Below are positions 17,070 through 24,134 of a stretch of DNA of 53,074 nt, in pieces. Both the position numbers and the translations under genes were made by a program. Source of the DNA: Rhodothermales bacterium (GTDB lineage Bacteria; Bacteroidota; Rhodothermia; Rhodothermales; JABDKH01); contig JBFHWK010000002.1 of the NCBI GenBank assembly GCA_041589075.1, forward strand, positions 1 through 53,074, written 5' to 3'. The notes below the pieces were generated by a model. The model had not been told where the DNA came from. It did no database searches and was given only the letters and a program-made list of their open reading frames with translations. Numbering within the stretch: position 1 is the stretch's first letter; each line of letters starts with the position of its first letter.

Positions 17070-18230
17070 TTAGATCGACCGGTACAGTTTATCGAACGCG
17101 TCCGCGGCCGCGTCCCACGTGAGTTGTTCTCGAACGTGTTTGCACCCCGCCTCGGCCACAGCTCGCGCGAACACATCATCTTCGAGCAGTCTACGTATTC
17201 CGTCGGCAAGTTGTCGCGGGCTGCCCGGTTCTACCAGGAGACCGGTCCGTTCGTGATCAATGATCTCCGGGGTACCACCGACGCGAGTGCTGACGACTGG
17301 AGCCCCCACGGCCATCGCACTCAGTACGGCCAGACTGAAGTTTTCTTCACGCGAGGGTAGTACAACCAGACGGGCACCGGTCAGGACCGTCGCGAGCTCG
17401 TCGTGTGTCATCCAGGGCATAGTGGTGATCTTCTCGGCGAGGCCGAGAGCCTCAATCCTCCGTAGCAGCGACTCGCGGTCGGGTCCGCGGCCGATCAGCA
17501 GAGCGGCCGGGGCCGAGTCACCCATCAGGCCCAACGCCTCGACGAACGTGTCAGGACCTTTGGTCTGCTCGAATCGCCCGAAGAACACGATGGGCCCGGA
17601 GCGCGCCTTCTCAACGTCGTGGCGGTACGGGAGGAATTCCTCGGGAACGCCGTTGTGCACGACGCGCACGCGCGCGGAATCCAGCTTGTAGGCGCGCCGT
17701 ACCAGATCGGCGGCGAACGTACTGGGCGGCACGCACAAGTCGGCGTGACGGGCCGCCCGCCCTTGCATCAAATATTTCCCTTCGGTCAGCGCCAGACGAA
17801 TCAGGTCCAGTCGCGACAAGGTGTCGCTCTCGAGCAATAGTCGTGGGTAGCGTGGATGTCGCGGTGTCGCAACAAAGCGAAACTTGTGTCGCGGCCGAAG
17901 CCGACCCACCATTCCCCCTTCCTCACCGTTGCTGTGCACTACCGTCTCCCGATCCTCGATCAGCCTCCGAACGACACGCGCGACCGAGAACGCGTTCAAG
18001 GGACGGAGTGGAGCGGCCCGACGACTTCTGAGGTCGTGGAAGATAGCCCAGTGTATCTCATACGGAAGATCGCCGGGGACCTCCACCCGTTCCCAGGGCG
18101 GTTTGGTGTACACTACCGACACGCGGTGTCCACGACGGCACAGGGCTTTGGCGAGGTTATGCGTGGAACGCTGCGCACCTCCACCATAATCCGACCACGG
18201 TGAGAAGTCTATGGTAAGGATTACATGCAC
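17070..18230 (-). CDS. glycosyltransferase family 4 (GT-B, GT1-domain)
   Basis: 386 aa. The N-terminus MHVILTIDFSPWSDYGGGAQRSTHNLAKALCRRGHRV is GT4-like. The C-terminal half has FFGRFEQTKG, LVVLPSREENFSLAVLSAMAVGAPVVSTRVGGTPEII and GLLVEP (EX7E-type region). Confidence 0.85.
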   Translation of the reverse strand: MHVILTIDFSPWSDYGGGAQRSTHNLAKALCRRGHRVSVVYTKPPWERVEVPGDLPYEIHWAIFHDLRSRRAAPLRPLNAFSVARVVRRLIEDRETVVHSNGEEGGMVGRLRPRHKFRFVATPRHPRYPRLLLESDTLSRLDLIRLALTEGKYLMQGRAARHADLCVPPSTFAADLVRRAYKLDSARVRVVHNGVPEEFLPYRHDVEKARSGPIVFFGRFEQTKGPDTFVEALGLMGDSAPAALLIGRGPDRESLLRRIEALGLAEKITTMPWMTHDELATVLTGARLVVLPSREENFSLAVLSAMAVGAPVVSTRVGGTPEIIDHERTGLLVEPGSPRQLADGIRRLLEDDVFARAVAEAGCKHVREQLTWDAAADAFDKLYRSI

Positions 18231-19357
18231 CGCGCGATATGCTCGTAGAGACGTCTGGCGGTGTGCTCCCAGGTAGCTTCTTCGACGACGCGGCGGCGCC
18301 CGTTCTGACCAAGGCGAGTCGCGAGATCAGGGTCTCGAAGCAGCCGCAGCAAAGCCTCGGCTAGTTCGGTCTCGTTGTCCGGCTCGACAAGCAGGCCCGT
18401 CTCGCCGTCACGAACCGCGTCCGGTATGCCGCCTGAATTCGCGCCGACCACGGCCTTGCCGCAGGCATTGGCTTCCAGAAAGACAATCCCAAAGCCTTCG
18501 ACAAACGGTCGAACCTGCCGCGAGGGCATGACGAAAACATCACAGGCGTTGTAATAGCGAGGCAGGTCCTCGTAGGCAACCTCTCCAAGAAAGCGGGTCC
18601 GATCGGCCACCTGCAGGTCGCGAGCGAGAGTTTCGAGGCGCTCGCGATCCGGACCCTCTCCGCATATCACGTAGAGCGCGTCGGGCATTTCGCGGGCGAC
18701 ACCAGGCAACGCGCGCAGCACGGTATCGATACCTTTTCGCGGCACAAGTCTGCCGACGGTTAAGAGGACCTTGCGGCCATCCAGGCCGTGCGTGCGGCGG
18801 ATGTCGCTTACGTCCAGCGGAGAAAAACGGGTGGGGTCAGTGCCGTTATGCAACACCGCGATTCGTTCCGGGCGCACGCCGAGTTCGTAAAGGAGAGAGC
18901 GGGTGTAGCGGCTTACTGCGAAAACCCCGTCCGCACGGCGCAACAGATTACGGCGAATCCGGTCGTATAGCTTTCCCGGCACACCACTGAGTGGTTCGAG
19001 GAGCAACTCACGACCGTGCGCGGCCACGAAGATTCGCCGGGGCCCGCCCATGGGCTTGATCATCCGCGAAACCAGTACTGACGGCCATTGGACGTGAAAA
19101 GCGGCATCGAAAGAACGCGTTCGAACCAAGCGCAAGACTGCCGGCAGCGCCTTCAGCGATATGGCATTCTTGGTCGCAGGTACGCGCAGCACGTCGAATG
19201 GCAGTTGTGCGTCTACACTCGCGTCCGCGGGCTGCTCCGGGGCAATGACAGCGAAATCATCGCAGTACATCGTGAGGTGTCTCGCCAGCTCGAGCGCGTA
19301 CGTCTGAGTTCCACCCACGTCCGGCGGGAAGTCCTGACTTATCAGCAGAATGCGCAT
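18221..19357 (-). CDS. glycosyltransferase family 4 (GT-B, GT1-domain)
   Basis: 378 aa with MRILLISQDFPPDVGGTQTYALELARHL, TVGRLVPRKGID, VFVMPSRQVRPFVEGFGIVFLEANACGKAVVGANSGGIPDAV and GLLVEP. It overlaps the downstream GT4 by 10 nt. Confidence 0.85.
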   Translation of the reverse strand: MRILLISQDFPPDVGGTQTYALELARHLTMYCDDFAVIAPEQPADASVDAQLPFDVLRVPATKNAISLKALPAVLRLVRTRSFDAAFHVQWPSVLVSRMIKPMGGPRRIFVAAHGRELLLEPLSGVPGKLYDRIRRNLLRRADGVFAVSRYTRSLLYELGVRPERIAVLHNGTDPTRFSPLDVSDIRRTHGLDGRKVLLTVGRLVPRKGIDTVLRALPGVAREMPDALYVICGEGPDRERLETLARDLQVADRTRFLGEVAYEDLPRYYNACDVFVMPSRQVRPFVEGFGIVFLEANACGKAVVGANSGGIPDAVRDGETGLLVEPDNETELAEALLRLLRDPDLATRLGQNGRRRVVEEATWEHTARRLYEHIARCM

Positions 19358-19405
19358 GCACTAATCCCGGTCGTCGCCTTGACACAGCAGCACTGGCCGC
19401 GGTGG

Positions 19406-20308
19406 CTACGCCATCCAGAGGCGCAGCCTCCTCACCCTCTCACGCTGCGCTTCGTTGAGACGCGACAGCCCCGCCTCGAACAGCGCTTCCCACCGATACG
19501 CCAGGATGAAAAGCAGGTAGGTGTTGGCACTGAAAGTTAGCTTCATCACGGCCCAGATGCCAAAGTGCATGCCAAACAGCAACGTGCCGATGTACGCGCG
19601 GAAGCGCTTAAACCAAAACAGAAACGCGAAGAACTCGGTCAATAGGCCAAAGGTCAGGATGGCAGTGGCAATCAGGTGGTACCGCACCGCCAACTCCTGC
19701 AGCCAGTTGTAATCGACAACACCAGTGTTAGAGAATGTGTCGACCGTACGCTCCTGGATCCACATCCACAAATGCCGGCCATCCGGCCAATTCGGTCCCG
19801 TGCCGATCAGTTTGCACCACGCCGCGGTCGTATATCCCAGACCAAAGAAGAAATAGCACAGACCTAGTGCGGTACGTCGTACCAGCCGTCGCTCCTTGAA
19901 CAGGACCGTGCCGACAGCTATCGCGAGCACCGCCATTCCCACAAAATTGGAGCCGTGGGATATCTCGCCCTGACTGAAACGAGCGACGTAATGGAGATGA
20001 AAGAGCAATAGGGCCACCAGGTAGGCCGGTCGCCATAGCCTCAAGAAACCGACCGCCATCAAGAGCGTCATCCCGACCGCGTTGATCACACCCGCGGGCG
20101 ATGTAAACATGAAGGTGATGTCAACGTACTCCGCGATCCCAAGCGGCAGCACGACGTCCCCGAGCCGTTCCAGGTAGGGCCCCCACCGCCAGGCGTACTC
20201 AATTGTCCAGTAGACCACCACAAGCTCGAAGAGTCGATACAGTGCAATCTCGCCCGAAGTCTCCTCGCGCTCGAAGTCGAACAGGTTTTCAAGAAATTTC
20301 TGCCACAT
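19406..20308 (-). CDS. polytopic membrane protein, HTTM/SdpB-like (tentative)
   Basis: The track ORF (to 20428) overlaps the upstream gene. The ATG at 20308 (MWQKFLENLFDF...) lies 7 nt after the upstream stop. The ~300-aa product has about 8 hydrophobic segments. The stretch ALYRLFELVVVYW...GFLRLWRPAYLVALLLFHLHYV...YTTAAWCKLIGTGPNWPDGRHLWMW resembles the HTTM pattern (tRxxxxlxxxxxxy...aGxxKLxxxdWxxG). The family call comes from memory only. Confidence 0.45.
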   Translation of the reverse strand: MWQKFLENLFDFEREETSGEIALYRLFELVVVYWTIEYAWRWGPYLERLGDVVLPLGIAEYVDITFMFTSPAGVINAVGMTLLMAVGFLRLWRPAYLVALLLFHLHYVARFSQGEISHGSNFVGMAVLAIAVGTVLFKERRLVRRTALGLCYFFFGLGYTTAAWCKLIGTGPNWPDGRHLWMWIQERTVDTFSNTGVVDYNWLQELAVRYHLIATAILTFGLLTEFFAFLFWFKRFRAYIGTLLFGMHFGIWAVMKLTFSANTYLLFILAYRWEALFEAGLSRLNEAQRERVRRLRLWMA

Positions 20309-20315
20309 AGAACAT

Positions 20316-20831
20316 TCAGTGAGTCGCGTAGACCAGGTGGGGGTTGAGATAAGTGCTGTCCGGTGCCAGCAGCAGAAACGGAGTGAAGACGACCGACACG
20401 GAGTCGCCCGTGATCGAACCGTCGGCACGCATGATCAGCAGATGCTTGCTGGTCAACTCATCGCCGAAAACTTTCCTGAGTCCGTTGATCCGCCGCTCGT
20501 CCCAGGTCCGCGACTTCGAGATGAAATTGGATATGTCGTTCTGCAGAATGCCGACGCGCTTCAACGCGTATGGCTCACCCGGCAGGTCGTTGATCGAGTA
20601 GGGTTGCCATAGGTCTGGATCCGCGGCATCCGGCACTTCTCGGACCAGAGACCGAACCCAGGGGTGAGCACCCCGGGAGAACATCGGATAGATACTGAAC
20701 GGCCAGAACTCGCCGAGTTCATGCCGCCGCTCCATCGGCCGGAAGTCGCCGAGATGCGTTGTCACGAGTACTCCCTGGAGTACGAACAGACCCACGAGTA
20801 CCCTAGCGGCCGCCTTGTACGTCGCTTCCAT
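20316..20831 (-). CDS. hypothetical N-terminally membrane-anchored protein, possible SdpA-like partner
   Basis: Starting from the ATG at 20831 it reads MEATYKAAARVLVGLFVLQGVLVTTHLG... (one TM segment) followed by a soluble domain (FWPFSIYPMFSRG...). An alternative GTG start lies at 20867. It sits directly upstream of the HTTM-like gene on the same strand. No family is recognised with confidence. Confidence 0.55.
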   Translation of the reverse strand: MEATYKAAARVLVGLFVLQGVLVTTHLGDFRPMERRHELGEFWPFSIYPMFSRGAHPWVRSLVREVPDAADPDLWQPYSINDLPGEPYALKRVGILQNDISNFISKSRTWDERRINGLRKVFGDELTSKHLLIMRADGSITGDSVSVVFTPFLLLAPDSTYLNPHLVYATH

Positions 20832-21092
20832 TCGGCATACCCACAGGGACGGGGTGTCCCTTTTCACCTCGTATACCTGAAAACATCGTCGGGGCGCACG
20901 GGCACTAATGATTATGTGTCCGCTTTTCCCGACTTTCCAACAACATTCAAGTCAATACTGGAGGTACGATAAGAAAAAAACGCTTTTGGCAACAGTAGAC
21001 GAAGACCCAAAAAATAGGGACCCGGCAGAGGGATGCGGTTGCCCGTGCGTTCTATTTTGTTTTAATCACCCGGACAAGAGAGATAACCCGTC

Positions 21093-22028
21093 ATGAGAAA
21101 CTTCAACAGAACCCCGTTCCGCAGCCTTAAGCCCGTGACGGTGCTTGCGTTGGCCTGTGCGTTTGTGGCCACCGTGTTGATCACCCCGACTTCCTCGCAG
21201 GCGCAGAAGGTTCGACTTGATGAGAAGGCCTCCCACGGCGCCTCAATGACCTACCACAACGGCAAGTATTATATGGCCTGGGCAGGCCGGAGTAACGCGC
21301 TCTACGTCATGCGGTCGGAAGACGGCGTCGACTGGCGTGCCAAGATCGCGTTGGACGAAAAGAGCGGACATGCACCCGACCTTGCGAGCGACGGCGAGTA
21401 CCTGTACCTGCTGTGGACCGGCGAGAACTCGGAAAACCTCTTTGTTATGCGCTCCAAGGACGGAGTCGACTGGGTTAACAAAGTCCGCTTCGATGAGAGA
21501 ACGGATGCGCGTCCCGCCATTACGGGCTCCGACGACGGACGTCTGCTGATTGCCTGGAAGGGACAGAAGAGTGACCAGCTGTACGCCATGCAGTCGCGTG
21601 ACGGCGTCGACTGGGCTGCAAAGGTGGCCCTGAACGAGGCCTCGAACAACGGACCCACGGTGGCCGACTACAAAGGCAAGTTTGTCTTGGCCTGGACCGG
21701 CCTGAGCGACAACCACATCTACGTCAAACAGTCAGTCGAAGGTGTAGACTGGCGAACGAAGATTCGGCTCGACGAAAAGAGCCGCAAGGAGCCGTCGTTA
21801 GCGGTCTACGATGAAGACCTCTTTCTCGGCTGGATCGGCGAGTCTAACGGTGACGTTTACGTAATGTCGTCCGAAGACGGCATCGACTGGCGTGGCAAGG
21901 TCAAAACCGGCGAGCGCACCTTCAAGGGAATCAAACTCGTCGGGGGACACAAACTCGCCGTGGCCTTTCAGGGAGAATCGAGCGACAACCTCTACTGTCT
22001 GATGTCTTCAGACGGAGTCGATTTCTAG
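21093..22028 (+). CDS. secreted protein made of six tandem 43-47-aa propeller-blade-like repeats
   Basis: 311 aa with signal peptide VTVLALACAFVATVLITPTSSQAQ. From residue 39 to the last residue it consists of six repeats with consensus K(V/I)xLDEKSxxxPxLAxxxxxL(F/Y)L(A/G)W(T/K)GxxxxxLYVMxSxDG(V/I)DWxx. Confidence 0.8.
   Translation: MRNFNRTPFRSLKPVTVLALACAFVATVLITPTSSQAQKVRLDEKASHGASMTYHNGKYYMAWAGRSNALYVMRSEDGVDWRAKIALDEKSGHAPDLASDGEYLYLLWTGENSENLFVMRSKDGVDWVNKVRFDERTDARPAITGSDDGRLLIAWKGQKSDQLYAMQSRDGVDWAAKVALNEASNNGPTVADYKGKFVLAWTGLSDNHIYVKQSVEGVDWRTKIRLDEKSRKEPSLAVYDEDLFLGWIGESNGDVYVMSSEDGIDWRGKVKTGERTFKGIKLVGGHKLAVAFQGESSDNLYCLMSSDGVDF
21207..22025 (+). repeat. six in-frame tandem coding repeats of 45, 46, 47, 46, 46 and 43 codons
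   Basis: Repeat starts are KVRLDEKASH, KIALDEKSGH, KVRFDERTDA, KVALNEASNN, KIRLDEKSRK and KVKTGERTFK. Each ends in S.DG(V/I)D(W/F)xx (SEDGVDW, SKDGVDW, SRDGVDW, SVEGVDW, SEDGIDW, SSDGVDF). Confidence 0.85.
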
Positions 22029-22195
22029 ACCCGCAGGGTCGCCGTAATGCCCAAGGGGGCGGGTGCGGGAACGGAACCGAACGTCGTCTTGTCTCGAAGA
22101 ACCTCCATGAGACAGGCTCCTGGAAAGGAGTCGTTGCCGACCTCTGCCACATCGCACGGCTCGTCGCCGGGCTGGGCTCCACTTGCGCCTGACGC

Positions 22196-23188
22196 ATGAC
22201 GCTGGCTGCTTTTAAGGCTCGATGGTCCGCCTTTTCCAGCACCAATCGGGGCCGGCGCGTGCTGCGACTGGCGCGGTGGCTTTTCCTGGTAGGCATTCTC
22301 CTATACCTGGCATACGACCTGACCAAAATCGGGTGGACGGAGATTGCGGCAGCGCTGCCGACAAACCCTCTTTTCTATCTGTTCTTTTTGCTCCTCTACT
22401 TCCTTCTGCCCGTTGCGGAGATCGTCCTCTATCGCCTCACCTGGAAGTTCGACGGCTGGAAGAGCCTGCCCGCATTTGTCAAGAAGCGCATCTATAACAA
22501 GGAAGTACTTGGCTATTCGGGTGAGGTCTATTTCTACGCGTGGGCACGAAAGAACATAGATCGTCCCGACCTTGATCTTCTGAAAACGATCCGCGACCAG
22601 AACATCATTTCCTCGGTCGCTTCAACGACGGTTGCGCTGGTACTCGTGGCCGTGTTTCTCTACTCGGGTCAGATCGGAATCACCGACCTGTTCGGGCGCC
22701 AGTCCGCTTACTATCTAGCCGGCGCGGGTGTCGCTGCGGTCGTACTCGTGGTACTCGGCATCCTTGGCGTCCGGGTGCGGAAGTACGTTTTCTCCATGTC
22801 ACTGAAAATGTCGCTCCTGCTTTTTGCGGTCCAGAGCCTACGGCTCGTCGTTGGGCAGGCTCTTCAGATAGCGCAGTGGGCGGTGGCGATGCCGGAAGTG
22901 CCGTTGCGCGTCTGGTTCACCTACGCGGCTCTTTCGATCGTAATCAGCCGAATTCCCGTGATCCCCAATCGCGACCTGATCTTTCTGGGCGCCGGCGTCA
23001 GTTTGTCAACGGCGGTGCAGATTCCCGAAGCCGCCGTGGCCAGCATGCTCGTTGTGATCACCGTTCTGGGCAAGCTGCTCAACCTCCTCCTCTTCGCCGT
23101 CGTCTCACTGTCGGGCAAGGAGGCGTTGCCGGTTGATTCGGACGTCCGGACAAAGTCTGCGGCGCGGGAGCCGAAGAGGGTGGCATAG
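22196..23188 (+). CDS. polytopic membrane protein, possibly flippase-like/LPG-synthase-TM (UPF0104) family
   Basis: 330 aa with about 8 hydrophobic segments (WLFLVGILLYLAY, LFYLFFLLLYFLLPVAEIVLY, VASTTVALVLVAVFLY, AGAGVAAVVLVVLGILG, and others). A basic N-terminus is followed by a W-containing loop. The family call is tentative. Confidence 0.4.
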   Translation: MTLAAFKARWSAFSSTNRGRRVLRLARWLFLVGILLYLAYDLTKIGWTEIAAALPTNPLFYLFFLLLYFLLPVAEIVLYRLTWKFDGWKSLPAFVKKRIYNKEVLGYSGEVYFYAWARKNIDRPDLDLLKTIRDQNIISSVASTTVALVLVAVFLYSGQIGITDLFGRQSAYYLAGAGVAAVVLVVLGILGVRVRKYVFSMSLKMSLLLFAVQSLRLVVGQALQIAQWAVAMPEVPLRVWFTYAALSIVISRIPVIPNRDLIFLGAGVSLSTAVQIPEAAVASMLVVITVLGKLLNLLLFAVVSLSGKEALPVDSDVRTKSAAREPKRVA

Positions 23189-23284
23189 TGTTTGATACCT
23201 GTGAAGGATGCTCAAATTTCGCTCAAGAGGCTCCGACAAGTGTTTCCAATGCGTCTCCGAATGTCAACAGTGTGTCACGATAGA

Positions 23285-24022
23285 ATGTCTGATATGTCGA
23301 TCCGGGTTATCTCGCGCGTCGGTCTCTTGGGTCTACTGGCAACGGGATTCACTTACACGGACGTATGCGCCCAGTCCGCCGCCATGCCGATTGTAATCGA
23401 GGACTTCCAGCAGTATACGGGTGGCGATTCGCCCTACACATGGAAGCGCGCGCATAAGAGCTCACGCTCCTTTGTTCAGGTGCCACGTGAACTCGAGCGC
23501 GACCGGGATTACTTCGAGATCGTGGACGAGGGTGGAAATAAGGTCGCCCGTGTGTACACGCGAGACGAAAGCACGCAAATCGTCAAGCTCAACGGTGAGG
23601 GCTACCACTGGGACGTGCGCGTTCATCAGATCCTGGCATGGAGCTGGCGCGCCACTCAGTTGCCGACCGGAGCGCGCGAAGACGTTGGGAAGCTCAATGA
23701 CGCAGGTGCAGCGGTTTACGTAACCTTCGGGACGGATTGGCTCGGACGACCACGAAGCATTAAGTACACCTACAGTTCGACGCTGCCCGTCGGAACCACG
23801 AAGAAGTACGGCCCCTTGCGTGTCATCGTCGCAAGTAGTGCAGTCGACGGCATCGGCGAGTGGGTAAACGTCGTGCGTGACATTCGCGCCGACTACCGTC
23901 AGGTGTTTGGCGGCGATCCGCCTGATGAGCCACTCTCGATTACGCTATGGAGTGACTCTGATGATACCAAGTCGATCTCAGAAGCGTATTTCGACAATGT
24001 CGAGCTGCGACCACTTCGGTAG
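23285..24022 (+). CDS. secreted DUF3047-like protein
   Basis: The track ORF begins at TTG 23192. The ATG at 23285 or 23294 gives MSDMSIRVISRVGLLGLLATGFTYTDVCAQ (a signal peptide). The core ILAWSWRATQLPTGAREDVGKLNDAGAAVYVTFG...IKYTYSSTLPVGT...GEWVNVVRDIRADYRQVFGGDPPDEPLSITLWSDSDDTKSISEAYFDNVEL matches my recollection of the DUF3047 pattern (W.W.v...gDDyaarvyv.F...Y.W....G...W....D....FG.....i...tDtDnT...A.f). Confidence 0.6.
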   Translation: MSDMSIRVISRVGLLGLLATGFTYTDVCAQSAAMPIVIEDFQQYTGGDSPYTWKRAHKSSRSFVQVPRELERDRDYFEIVDEGGNKVARVYTRDESTQIVKLNGEGYHWDVRVHQILAWSWRATQLPTGAREDVGKLNDAGAAVYVTFGTDWLGRPRSIKYTYSSTLPVGTTKKYGPLRVIVASSAVDGIGEWVNVVRDIRADYRQVFGGDPPDEPLSITLWSDSDDTKSISEAYFDNVELRPLR

Positions 24023-24023
24023 G

Positions 24024-24046
24024 CCCTCCCGCCCATCGCGGGTGGG
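24024..24046. terminator. GC-rich hairpin in a convergent intergenic region (weak terminator candidate)
   Basis: ccctcccgc-ccatc-gcgggtggg forms a 9-bp stem with one T.T mismatch and a 5-nt loop. It begins 2 nt after the DUF3047-like stop. No U-tract follows, so it is not a canonical intrinsic terminator. Confidence 0.25.
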
Positions 24047-24134
24047 TGTGCAGCCTCCGCCACGCCCATGTCGAGACCGAGTTGTCTCCTCCGCCGTTTT
24101 CTAATTCAACCCGTAACCCTCGGCGCGCCTGCCT

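Noticed and set aside
22028-22040. Hairpin gaccc-gca-gggtc right after the propeller gene stop
   Set aside because: It has a 5-bp stem, a 3-nt loop and no U-tract, so it is too weak to call a terminator.
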